A stretch of 64,000 nucleotides of DNA from Callorhinchus milii (GCF_018977255.1 NW_024704742.1:12092001-12156000), one strand, 5' to 3'. Positions 51,179 through 63,845 are shown, numbered from the stretch's first letter. Program-made: numbers and translations. The notes: generated from the sequence alone by a model not told the origin.

Positions 51179-51519
51179 CTAGGATGAGCCCGAGTACTAG
51201 GCTGGAGCTGTGGACTGTGATGTTCCCCTGACAAAAGGCGCTATACAAATGTAATTTGTTGTTGTTGCATTTAAACGCCTTTGCAATCAGGTCACTAAGA
51301 GTTCTGAAACCAAATGAGAGGATTGTCAGAAATTGCCAATACCTCCTACAATTATATATTTCAGTAACAAAAACAGAGAGGGCTGGGAAAATGCAAGGAT
51401 TATTATTATTATTTAAATACCAACTCAAATAACCTTCCTTTATATCGGCGAATTGAACAGATAGAGGAAAGGGTTTTATTTGAAAATGAACCAGAAGCCT
51501 GAATTTAGCAAAATGGAAA

Positions 51520-51920
51520 ACTCTATTACAATCATCACCCCAGACACTCTCTGGTGTGTTGCCTGTTCTGCACTATTAACCCATCTTCTCCCCAGTTTTG
51601 TTTCAACACCGCCCCTCCCCCCTTTTGTTGTACAACCCCCCCTTTTGTTTTAAGCCACTATCACCTCTTTAACCCATCAACTAGCACATTCTCTCCTTTG
51701 TCTTATTTTTTGTCTTCTTTGTCGTCCTTGTCCTGCCTCACCCTCTCAACTTGTCCTTAAATACCTCTTCCTCCCTACATGCCCCAGTTCTGATGAAGGG
51801 TTGTCGACCCAAAACATTGACTCACTTTCCTCTTTCTATAGATGCTGCTTGACCTGCTGAGTTTTCCCAACCTTCTCTGTTTTTGTTCAGATTCCAGCAT
51901 CTACAGTATTTTGTGCTTTG
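51520..51920 (+). mobile_element. Penelope-like retroelement 3' end (pseudo-LTR)
   Basis: Pyrimidine-rich tract then CCCAGTTCTGATGAAGGGTTGTCGACCCAAAACATTGACTC...AGATGCTGCTTGACCTGCTGAGTTTTCC...TTCAGATTCCAGCATCTACAGT, matching my recollection of chondrichthyan Penelope termini. Confidence 0.75.
51785..51825 (+). ncRNA. Minimal hammerhead ribozyme motif, decayed
   Basis: CTGATGA (51790-51796), stem II GGGT/ACCC, then AAAAC where GAAAC is required. Confidence 0.6.
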
Positions 51921-52974
51921 TATATATTTCGGTATGTGTTTCTCAAAGAAGATTATCTTCTCAAATAAAATACCTTTGATGGTTATTATATTTTAATAGG
52001 CACAATAAACAAGCTTCGTCAAAGGCAGATGCATCTATTGTTGCATTATACATTGTCCTTAGTTGTGAATGGACCAGGTAAGCTTCTTTGTAATACTAGG
52101 AGTACACATGGTGTGTGAGGATTAGATACTTGGCGGAAAGTTCATCTGAATAAAAGTAGAGGTATTATAAGATTATACATACAATACGTTTGTGATTCAA
52201 CCAGCATCGTATTTTACTGTGTCCTGAATGTACAGTATATAAAATTACCGTCTTTCATTTGCTGAAGTCATTGTGAAAATAACAAAGTACTTAACACAAG
52301 CTGCATGTACTGCAGAAAATAGCATGGGAAATACAAACATTATTTTTGAATGGATTTGAGTATAATACAGCAAAAGAACAGATTTAAATGATCAGAGTCG
52401 CAAACTAATTTTTGATTTTGTTTAAAATATTGATAGAAAACTCATTCTTGTTAAATGAGTAACCTCTGCACTATCAAGAACACAAAAGTGGCCATTCAGC
52501 CAAACTAGTCTATGCTGAAAAATCTTTACTAAATCACTTCATCTCAATCAGGATAGCAATGGAGCCTTTACTAGCCTTTTGTGTTTGGGAAAGTATGGCC
52601 AGCTATTGTAGTTTTAATTGGATGAACTCCAGCAGTACACCAACGCACACTCTGGGATTCCCAAGACTTGGCTTTCAACCAACCTGTACCTAATAACCTT
52701 TGGAATCCGGTGCATTCCTCCAGGGAGAGAGTAGAGTACCCCATTTCAGACACAGTGACATTTCCATGTGTAGGTGGAATACTTATGTGGAACTCTTGTC
52801 TGATTTGGATAATTTTAAGCACGTTGATAGATTTCCATGTGACAGACACCCACTGACAAAATACACATTAGGAAAATGAGCCACAATCCCAATTCTGATT
52901 ACTGAACAGTAGTGACTGTACAGCAGTCAGAATTGGGATTGTGGCTGATTATATGTAGCATTTCTCTCCTCTAT

Positions 52975-53090
52975 TGAATAGTTTGTACATTGTCAAGACT
53001 CACATATAAAAGATAGCCAATTGGGGGAGGTACCAGAGGGTGTCTCCCAGTGTCTGCGGACCAAAATACAGTATGAGTCAGTATCTTCAG
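52975..53090 (+). mobile_element. AmnSINE2-like SINE 3' relic
   Basis: GACTCACATATAAAAGATAGCCAATTGGGGGAGGTACCAGAGGG...GAGTCAGTATCTTCAGGA resembles the remembered AmnSINE2 3' consensus. Confidence 0.45.
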
Positions 53091-53094
53091 GACG

Positions 53095-54412
53095 AAAGAT
53101 GGCTGAAAGTGTGGTCAAAGAGGAAGGCCATCAAGGGGACCTTGAAGGAGATGAGGGAAAGGGCAAGTCAAATATGCTGAAAGCACCACCATCAAAGGTG
53201 GACCACATATGGCAGGGGATGTTAATCAGGATGGTGCCTGCTGAGGGGAGAGAGTAGCCAGGTTATTAGGGTTTGAGGAGGTCATACAGGTTTAGTGGGA
53301 TTTAAAGATTCAAGGATCTTGAACTTGATCTTCTGTTGGTGAGGAGCCAGTGGAGCCAGGTCAGGATAGGCTCATGGAGCCTATAGGTAAGGATGTACTA
53401 GGATGTGAAGGGATTTATAGGTAAGGGTGAGGTCGTAAGTTGATACACTGGGAGATGGAGTAAGTGAAGCTTAGCGAGGATTAGAGTGGAGTTTGGTGCA
53501 GGTGAGGATGTGGGCGGCAGTGATCTGCATCACCTGGATGGTGGAACTCAGGTAACCAGCAGGTACTTTTAAGTCAAGTCAGGAGGTAACAAAGGCTTAC
53601 ATAAGGGTTTTGGTGACATTTGGTATGAGGTGGGGGGTGGGGATGGAAGCGGCCAGTGTGGCCAAGATGAAGAAAAGCAGTCTTTGTCAGGTTATGAATT
53701 TGAGGAAGAAAGGAAATCTGAAGATCAAACTAAATGCACTGGTTCATGAGTTTGAGAGAGAGTCCAGAGAGGTTGAAAACATCAGAGCTGATATTGAGGA
53801 GATGTTGATGGAAGCAAGAAGGACAGCTCCTGTTTTGTGTGCAGTTTTGGTCTCCTTATTTAAGGAAGGATGTACTTGCCTTGGAGGGGGTGCAGCGTAG
53901 ATTTACTAGGTTAATACCAGGGATGAAGGGGTTGAGTTACGAGGATGGGCTGACCAATTTGGGCCTATGTTCTCTAGTATATAGAAGAATTAGAGGGGAT
54001 CTTATAGAAACCTATAAGATCATCAAAGGGCAAGATAGAGTAGATAGTGGGAGATTGTTTCCCTGGGTGGAGAAACTAAAACCAGGGGTCACAACCTTAA
54101 AATCAGAGGCCAGCCCTTTCGCACTGAGTTGAGGAAGAACTTCTTCACTCAGAGGGTGGTGAATGTATGGAACTCACTACCCCAAAGGCCTGTTGACGCT
54201 CAATCCTTGAACATATTCAAGGCTGAGATAGATAGGTTTCTTATTGTAAAAGGGATTAAGGGATATGGGGATAAGGCAAGGTTAGGTTATAGTTGGAGTT
54301 AGATTAGAAGATCAGCCATGATTGAATGGTGGGGCAGGCTCGAAGGGCCGAATGGCTTACTCCTGCTTCTACATGCATGTTATGTTATGTTATGTCCATG
54401 TTGAGCTACAGC
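53095..54412. mobile_element. Decayed L2 (-) interrupted by a CR1 3' fragment (+, ~53836-54395)
   Basis: CR1 [27 protein letters not shown] with (TGTTA)n tail; L2 resumes CCATGTTGAGCTACAG. Confidence 0.8.
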
Positions 54413-55231
54413 TAGGACCACCCTAGCCATTAGGGCTTTGGCTTGCAGGGTTAAAAGGAGCTGAGCGTGATGACTCCCTGCCCCAGTGACTGGTCAGCAC
54501 TTCCAGGTCCTGCCAATGAACAGCAAAATAAATCAGCAAAATAAATCTAAGAGGAATTGTAACCAAGAAGAGTGATACAATAGTTTGTTGGTGTCATATG
54601 AACCTTGAATTCATGAGAATCTTGTATTCATAATACATTGGATTGTTTTCTGTTTAAATTTTGGATTACAACAGGCCTGAGAAGATTCAATGTTAGTAAA
54701 ATAATCATCATATTACAACAGTAATTTGGAATAATCATCACACAATGCACAGGATAGAAATACCCATAACATGACTGAACAGTTAAGAGCCTATTGCATT
54801 ATGTTGAAACAAATTCCATCACATTATCAAATATAATAACTGATAATAAATTATAATTCATATTTTCCAAAATGATGCTCCAGATTTAATTTAGCATCTG
54901 TAATTATTGAGCTGCTTCACCATTAGTTAGTGCTTAGCAATTTGGCTTTTTGTTTTAACATAGCACCACAGTAGGATTACAAATCAAATGTCCCTTATTT
55001 CATCAGTGAAATAACTGAACATCTGGTTGTATGCTTCAGTGCAGATCTGGGCCAGAGAAGTAGAACAGCAATATTCATCTGGTTCAATCAAGCTAAACAC
55101 TAACTTAAGCTTCCTTTGTTTGGACATATTCCAGTCTTCCAGCAACAACAACAACAAAATTACATTTGTGGGAAAAGGGGGTGAATGATGTGTGAAGTGG
55201 TGTGAAGTGGGCCTGAGTGTTCAAAATAGGA

Positions 55232-55790
55232 TAATAATAATCCTTGCATTTGATATAGCGCTTTTCACGTCGGGAGGACGTCCCAAAGCGCTTCACAGAA
55301 CATACTGTAAAGTGAATTAACTATATATTTGTGGGCGAATGTGGCCGCCAATTGCGCACAGCAGTGTCCCACAAACAGTCGTAGATTGAAAATGACCAAT
55401 TTTTTATTATTGTTTTTGGTTTTGGAGGGATTATATTAGGCGTGTGGAGTAAGGATGCCTGATATCTAACAACTGGTGAAGGTCAATATCATCCTCTCAT
55501 AATAAAAATAATTCTTGCATTTCCTTGCATTTGGTACATCGCCTTTCACATCAACAGGACATCCCAAAGCGCTTCACAGGATTTCATGTGATGTGGAGTG
55601 ATTGTGTATTTGTAGGCAAATGTACCAGCCCACCTGCACACTTCAATGTTCCATGAACAGCCATAGAGTGAGTGACCATTTTTTTTATTTTGAGGGATTG
55701 TTGGCCAGACACTGGGAGAAATTCTTCTGATTTACAATAATGCCATGGGATCTTTCACTTGCACCCACAACCTTCTGACTCTCTACTCCT
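55232..55790 (-). mobile_element. Short-form SINE (5'-truncated, ~55232-55455) and Deu SINE (~55500-55790)
   Basis: Family motifs incl. TGCCATGGGATCTTTCAC (reverse Deu core). Confidence 0.8.
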
Positions 55791-58459
55791 TCCCCCCACC
55801 CCATCCCGAACACCAGTGTAACAACTGGTGAAGGTGATTAACACCCTCCACTTTCAGATCAGCAGTTCAGCCACTTTTGCACATGTCACCTTGTGAATCA
55901 CAATATTTCAGTGAGAGTGCATGGGATACCACCTTAACTCAACTTTAAAAGTTGTTCACCAACTGGCTCTGGAATGCTTTGATGTTGAATAATAAATATT
56001 CCTCACATTTGATCTAGTGTCTTTCACGTTGGGAGGATGTCCCAAAGTGCAGTGTCTATGTGTTTGATGGCCGAACATTGTTTGTGAATGTTGCATCTTT
56101 TCACCTATCTATGTCTATATATTGTATTTTGAGATCACCAGGGAGTAGGTGAAATGGGTTGAGACTCATCAACACATCAGAAGAACTGAATGGGAAACAG
56201 TTTGTGATGAGTTTACAGCTGGCACAGGCAGTAAGAGGAACCTGGTCACACTTACACTGAGTGGGATCAGGATTTGATCATATGATCAAATATATCATAC
56301 AGTATAAAGAATCGTGCTTGTTTTTGGGTGTGGGTAGAGAGGGAAATGTTCTGCCAAAGGGGAGTATAGATATACTCTATACTCTATACTCATGCTGTAC
56401 ATCAGCAGATCTTTCCTGATATTGGTGTTACAGAAAAATCTGTGGCTGCTTTTGAGCTGTTCATACACATGCTGTATAGCATGCACTAACCACCATTACT
56501 CCAGGTTTGCTGGCACAGCTATTTCATAAACCATTGAAACCCCATCCAGATTTACCCATGTTAGCATAAGGTGTGCAAAATTAACATACTAACAATGGGT
56601 CAAAATGGGTGAGAGGTCATGGAACATGTGATCATGTAATTACGGAGTCAGTATAAAGAAAGAGGGTTGAAGGAAACATATGATTTGATATGTTAATGAG
56701 GGATTGTAACATATTCACCAACCATTCAATGGTTCAAGATAGGGTATGTAAAATAATGGATTGTAAAAGCAAGACGAATGAGTAGATATACAAATAATGA
56801 ATTGTAAATGACTGACAAGAGATTGGTGGAAGGTATAGAGGGAATGGAATGAGAGTATAAAGATAGGGAGAACAAAGAACGAGGAGAAGGAAAAGATCGG
56901 AGCAGCACGAGTGAAGAATTGATGAAGTCAAAATGAAGATCAAAAGCTTGAATAACCAGACAAGACAGATTGGAACTTCGGCTGCTGAACGTCTCGTCCC
57001 ACAGTAGCATTGCTTTGTTATAATCCCTCCAAGGTTAACTTTATAGAACTAGTAGAGTTTGGCTTAATAGATTTTGCCTAAACGGAATGCTGGGTGACCT
57101 TTCTTGATATCCAACACCCAATAACAGCTGCCTGCTGCTGCCTTTGAAAGATAATAAACTACAAAAGTAGCAACAATCTCCTCAGACTGAGATTTGGAAG
57201 AGAAAGCCAGCCTGACTAAAGGTTGGTCTGTTTGTATTTAGCGAAATATGGACAATGGATTACGCTCAGGCACTGTTGATTTGGCGGGATTTATTATCAG
57301 GCCGCTACGATGATTGGTGGGTCTGTTATTAGTTATATGTGGGAAGAACCACAGCAAAGAAAGCAGCCGTTTGAAAAATTATTCATATTCTGTGCTTGTC
57401 AGTCAACTGAAAGCTGCGTAGATCATGTGTGTTTTTTTTGGTTGTCTGTCTTTAATTCCTGGAAGTTGGTGCTCAAATCCCTGCAGTTAGTGATGGTTAT
57501 GAATCCAAATTATCAGTTGACAGTTATAGTTTGGGAACATCTACACCAATCCCTCAAAGTTAACATATTTACACTCTCCAGCTTTGCTGTTTAAATTGCT
57601 AACACCTAGATTGAAAAACAGAAGCTAGATAAAAACTTGAAACACAGAGCAAGCTTCCATCGTTCTCTGCTCCACCCCATTGCTGCCAGACTGTAAAGTC
57701 TTTGAGATTTTACAGAGACGAGTATCAAAGAACTGAAGTTTCACATTGTTTTCTGTGCTTAAATATGAAACATGATTTTGTCTTCTAGTACTTCTATAAA
57801 TTTAAAGAGTTTGAGGGTGATTACAGGGACAGAGATGAGGGAAAAAAAGCTTGATTTATCAGGTGCTCATTCATTATGTGATCACATCTCTTACACTTTC
57901 ATTCGCTATCTACCAATTCACCCTATAATAAAATGTGTAGATGGTGAGAGTGAAGCAAAGAGGGTGGAAAAAACACATTGCAATGTTCAAGATGAGAGGA
58001 AATGTAAACTGTCTGTTTCCTTTGCTCTCCCCTCCTTTCTCCAACCAATTTGCAAAATTCAAACGCAGCATTTTCATCCAAGCATTCATCCACCTGCACA
58101 GGAATGAAATACTCATCTATTCAAATAAATGGAGCGAAATTGCTCACTGATACAGAAAAAGAGATCATGGGCTTGAATCTGCACAATCAAAATTAAGCAT
58201 GCAGTTCAACGTTTTCAGGTAAAATAATCCTTTTCCTGGGCTGACACTAATTAAAAATGAATTTGTCTTCATCAAAGCTACAACTAGTTGTCAATGCATT
58301 ATGCATTTACAGTACAGCTGTGTGAGGAACAGTGGAGATGCTTCGTAAAATGCAAATTTGCAGCAAGCAAAATCCAAAGACGAGGTCAATTTAGACAAAA
58401 TGCATTTACATCCATGTTTGATAAATGCACTGCCCCCATTCCCCCCCCCCCACCCCACC

Positions 58460-59010
58460 CAGTCTATTCTGAGTTAGCTGAGCTCACCCAGGGAAACAGC
58501 AGGTGTTAGTTCACTTTAGTTTCTTTGGGTTAAGGGTGGTGGGGGGAATATAATAGTAAATAACAATAATAATCCTTGTATTTGATGTAGCACCTTGTCA
58601 CGTCTTTTAGACGTCTCAAAGCGTTTCACAGAATGTACTGTAAAGTGAAGTGACTGTATGTTTTCTGGGCGAAACGCAGCGGCCAATTGCGCACAGCAGT
58701 GTCCCACAAACAGTCGTGGATTAAGTGACCAAAATATTATTATTATTATTATTAAAGAAATTATTACACTCAGAAAAGCGATCCGCCAATCGACTAACAA
58801 CCGGGTTCCTACTTACTGCTAGGTAAACAGAGGCATGTGGAGTAAAAAAATATTAAATAGTCAAGGTTCCTGCTTCTGATACTATCCAGTGTTCCCAAGC
58901 TGGAGAGTACATATGTGAACATGTTGCTTAAGGACCAGCTGAGGCACCTGAAGTCGCTTAACTCATGGAGGAGGCTGACACAGGAATAATGGTCACTCTC
59001 ATAAGGTATC
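58460..59010 (+). mobile_element. AmnSINE2-like relic split by a tRNA-Ala SINE (-, ~58553-58845)
   Basis: GAGTTAGCTGAGCTCACCCAGGG before and CAAGGTTCCTGCTTCTGATACTATCCAGTG after the insert. Confidence 0.5.
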
Positions 59011-59484
59011 TGCATTCTACAGTATACAAGGCTTTCAGGAATGGAAGGAAGACAGATTATAAAGTTTTTAAGAAAATGTAACAAACAGGGAACCTGAGTT
59101 CCGTACAGGATAGTGACAGCCCCCGGCTGTGCATAATGGTGATAGGCACTACAGAATTTCCATTTTATTTGGCATGAATCCCAGCTCAAGTTCCACCTCT
59201 CCATCAAAAATAAGTTCTCATCCCCTAAAGAGGAGCATTTCAGAATATAAAACCAAGCTGAGGTGAACGGGTATGGGTATTCTGAACTCAGCATTAAGAC
59301 AGATGGCAGATATGCTCGCTGTTAAAGAATGAATCCACTACAATAGAGACCTCATTTTATATATAAGATATTATAGCAAAAGGTTATGATATTCCTAGAC
59401 CCCACTGCTCCATCTTTGCTCTTTTAAATAAGCCATACTTCTTCCCAGCTTTTCATCTCCCTAGGGAAATTACCTAATCTATAT

Positions 59485-59804
59485 AATAATAATAATAATA
59501 ATCCTTGCATTTGATATTGCGCTTTTCACGTCTTCTAGACATCCCAAAGCGCTTCACAGAATATACTGTAAAGTGAATTGACTGTATATTTGTGGGGGAA
59601 ACACAGCAGCCAATTGTGCACAGCAAAGTCCCACAAACAGTCATGGATTGAAAATGACCAATTTATTATTGTTTTCTTTTGGAGGGATTATTATTAGGTG
59701 TGTGGAGTAAGGAAACTTGCCCAAGGTTTCGCCCTCTGCCTGGAATTGAACTCAGGTCTCTCACTTGCAAAGCGAGTGCTCTAACCACTGAGCTACAGGA
59801 CTCC
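59485..59804 (-). mobile_element. tRNA-Ala SINE, short form
   Basis: Complete reverse copy with (TAA)n. Confidence 0.9.
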
Positions 59805-61069
59805 ATTTAGCAAGCTTTGCAAACTACTGGGATATATTTCCTGGGATATCACTGAGAAAAAATAATTAAAATGAAGAGTACAGAACTTTGATGGAATTTA
59901 TTTAGTGAATAACACAGGGAGGTTTATCAAGCATACAAATTCTATCTGTGCTGCTCAAGTGGGAAACAGCATCACATATTTAGAGGCCAAGGTAATCAAT
60001 GCAATTTTTGTTAAATGACATGATATACGTTAGCCTCTAACAGACTACTTTGATCCTAAGTAGTCTGTTGAGAGAAGATTAAATTGTTCTTCTTCTGGTC
60101 TAAGGAAGTGAGCCCCAGTTTTATTGAGAGCAGTCTTTACCTTTGTAAAATACAAGCACAAATGTTTAGCCTTTCAAGCTAAATCGGCCCCTCGCCCCCC
60201 AAAATAAATCCTGCTCCATTTGATTCTCAAGGTTCTTTGGTTCTCAAGTGACAAACAAAATGAAATCAGAGCTAAAGGTTAGCCACAGTGCATTTCTCCT
60301 TTGTAACTGAATGGAGCTGGCACAAGGGATCAGTTAATTATTGTTCTCTTGAAAGGTGAGGCTTCATATATATAGACAAGGTTGTACTTCCAACAGTCAC
60401 AAATAGCGCCAGTTGATAGTTCCCTTGATTTGAGTTAGTAAAGGAAAGAAACATTTTCCAATGCAATTTAAAGCAAGTACGTTGACGAAAATTTGGAGGC
60501 TGTGATGAACATTTAAGATCGCATTGGTTTGTTAAATAGGAGTATTAGGATTACCATTCTCAATTAATCAGACAGATGTTCCAACTCGCATGCATCATTA
60601 AGTATATACCACAGCCACATAATGAATTGCCAACACATCCAACTGACCGATTGCCTCCAACAGAAGACGAGAATTCAGAGCTTGTGAAGCCTGTTCCAAA
60701 GTAAATTGGCTGAAGTGAATATGTATTACCTCCTGCAGTTATCTAAGCTCCATTATTTAAGTTACTATCATGAAACAAAACAAACCAATAAAAACACAAT
60801 CAAAGTAATCTGTTCCATGAATCGTGTTCCCTTCTCCCATAAGATCAAAATTGATTTAATGCTGTCTTTAATGTATAGATCTAATTATGTGCATAATGTG
60901 TTTTGGTGGTTTTCTAGGATTGCATCCTAAATCATTNAAAAAAATACTCAGAAATCTGAATAATGATTATGCAGTTTGAAATGAAATCTGCAAAAATTGT
61001 GGGATTTTTTAAAATTCAAATCTACCAGTATGTGAGGGTTATTTGGGTACTGTGATAATGTTCCAGACT

Positions 61070-62470
61070 ATTTTGGGAAATAGGCAGAGGAGGTGACTGT
61101 TGGCACAGAGAAAAGTTTTTAGGTATGATCTGAAGACAGGCAAAGAAGAAGCAAGGTGGAGGGATCAAGGCAAGAAGTTCCAGAGGTTTGAGGCATAATG
61201 GCTGAAAGCACGGTCAGCAATGCTGAGCGGAGGAGTCCATGAATAAGCGGAAGGCTGGAGCTGGCTGAGCAGAGGGGACATGCAGAGGAGTGGGATGTGA
61301 ATAGGATATAAATTGAGTTGAACCATACAACAATAAACAAAAAACTTGCAGACATAAGTCGACCGAATCGCTATATACCACATACTAAAGATGTTTTTCT
61401 CTGCATCATAGTGTTTTCCTGTGTTGACATGTACTTAAACTTAATTTTCTTCAAAATTATACTCACTTCTATCCAACCACATAAGAACTAGCTGTAGGTT
61501 TAAAATTGATGTTGGAATGTATTAGGTGTTCTCTCCAAATAATTTAATGCTTGCTTCTTGGATGAAGTTTCAACCTCAATTTGTTCGATACATTTTTCTT
61601 CTGCTAAGGCGCTCCGCAACTTCAGCACCAAAAAATAAAAGCATATGGAGGTGAAAAGTATTTTCTTTACATCACAGAAATTCTTGTTTCTTTGGTGTTT
61701 GACCACCCCCCACACACTTCCTTTTCCTCCTCTCCTCCCCTCACTCGCCCCATGACCCTTGATGTTCTTCTATTGATGTTGAACAAGGCCTCGTCTGCCT
61801 GTTCAGATGGACGTTAAAGATCCCTTGGCACTGTTCGAAAAGAAAGAGATTTTCTCCCAGTATCCTGGCCAACAATCCCTCAAATGAAATTGGTCATTCA
61901 CTCCATGGCTGTTTGTGGAGCATTGCTGTGTGCAAATTGGCTGACGCATTCGCTCACAGAATACACAGTCAATCCATTTTACAGTATAATAACAAAATAA
62001 TAATCCTCACATTTGATATAGCGCTTTTCACATCTTCTAGATGTCTCAAAGCACTTCACAGAATATACTGTAAAGTGAATTGACTGTATATTTTATGGGT
62101 GAAACGTGGCAGCCAATTGTGCACAGCAGTGTCCCACAAACAATCATGGATTGAGTGACCAAATTATTATTGTTTTTTACTTCAGGCATGTAGAGTAAGG
62201 AAACTTGCCCATGGTTTCGTCCTGCCCGGAATTGAACCGAGGTCTCTCGCTTGCCAAGCAATGCTTTAACCACCAAACTGCAGGACTCCGTCTAACCCGT
62301 GAAGCACTTTGAGATGTCTCAACCACATTATAAGACGCTATATCAAATGCAAGGATTATTATTACTATATTGGTTGGTGATATAAATGTTAGCTTGGCTC
62401 AGTTGGCAGCACTCTCACTTCTGAATCAGACGTTTATGGGTTCAGGCTCTACCCACAACTGGGCTTTGAC
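61070..62470. mobile_element. L2 relic (~61070-61290 -), Deu SINE 3' part (~61785-61985 +), tRNA-Ala SINE (~61995-62289 -), SINE tail (~62298-62365 +), Deu head (~62390-62470 +)
   Basis: Family motifs, e.g. GATGGACGTTAAAGATCCCTTGGCACTGTTCG and CTTGGCTCAGTTGGCAGCACTCTCAC. Confidence 0.7.
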
Positions 62471-63029
62471 TCCTTCCTGGATAATATCAAGATGCCTGAC
62501 TGTGCTCTCCTGAAAACAGCACAGGCAATGTGTGTTAATCACTGCATTGTTCCTAAGTTCAGGATCCAATTTCCCAAATCCGCAAATCAACAATTGCAGG
62601 TTGTCCTGTCAGATAAACACCACCTGTCTATGTGAACAATCTAAATCTGTACACATCAAGAGTACTAAAAGCTTGGAGCTGCTTTCAGTTGCTTATTTTA
62701 GTACAATGGATCTGCTAGGGCATCCATATGCATTCTGCAGAAAACAGTCCACACACTGCTCAGTAATGTGTAATAATTGTATCCAATAAGGGGTTAACTA
62801 TGAGGCTATGAATAATTAAATTAATTTCTTTGAATCGTGGTAATTTTTCAAATGTGTAGCAAACATCTTACTACATGCCCAGGGCTGCATGATTATGTTC
62901 TCACCTAACTATACACAGTGAGCATGTAGTCTTTATACAATCCTGCCTTTGAAATCTAGCAGAATAGAGCTTCACAAAGGTAACAACAATGAATATTAAG
63001 CATAATATTGCATAATAAGCATAACTGGG

Positions 63030-63845
63030 TCTCAGTACTGCTTTTTTCCCATCTTTGCCACAATGTCCTCCTCACCCTATCTCACAAAAAAAAGCCACCC
63101 AAATCCTTGTTAGCCCCACCTAACCCTCCCCCACTCCCTGGTTCTGCTGCCAAAGCTAATTCAGATCAGGTCCCAGCTCCTTCGCACCATTATCAGTAGC
63201 CAAATCTTCAGTTATCTCACCCTTAGCCTGTGGAACTTGCTCCTTCTAACCTTCAAGCTAACTCTATCTATCTCTCTTTACAGGACTTGTGGAGTACTGT
63301 AGTGTAGTGTTTGGAGCATTTGTTTCGCAAGTGAGAGGACCTGGGTTTGATTACCAGGCAGCAAGAAACATTGGGCAATTTTCCTTACTCCACACGCCTC
63401 TCTTTACCAAGCATAAGTAGGAACCCGGTTGTTATTCGATTGGTGGATCGCTTTTCTGATGGTAACAATCCCTTCAGAGTAAATAAAAATAATTTTGTCA
63501 CACAATCCGCGACTGTTTGTGGGACACTGCTGTGGGCAATTGGCTGCCACATTTCGTCCACAAAATATAGCCAATTCACTTTACAGTATATTCTGTGAAG
63601 CACTTTGAGACGTCTCGAATACATGATATGGCTTTATATCAAATGCAAGGATTATTATTATTATACCTATTCAGTTTTTGGGGGTATTATTCTATTACAG
63701 TCCTCGGGGTGGGAATTATTATCATCCAAAATCAATTAAAGTAGCCTCTATATCCTCTCTTCCCAATACAGCGCAGGTGTTTGTGAAGGCAGTGGGAACT
63801 TTAATCTGCGTAGCTCTGTGGATAAGTTGTGAGATAAATGGTTTT
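63030..63845 (+). repeat. Dispersed copy of the composite unit A-SINE-B
   Basis: Aligns with ~26900-27490 (A plus SINE) and ~26695-26875 (B). Confidence 0.88.

Noticed and set aside
58809..59294. 161-aa minus-strand ORF
   Set aside because: Runs through SINE-derived sequence; composition not protein-like
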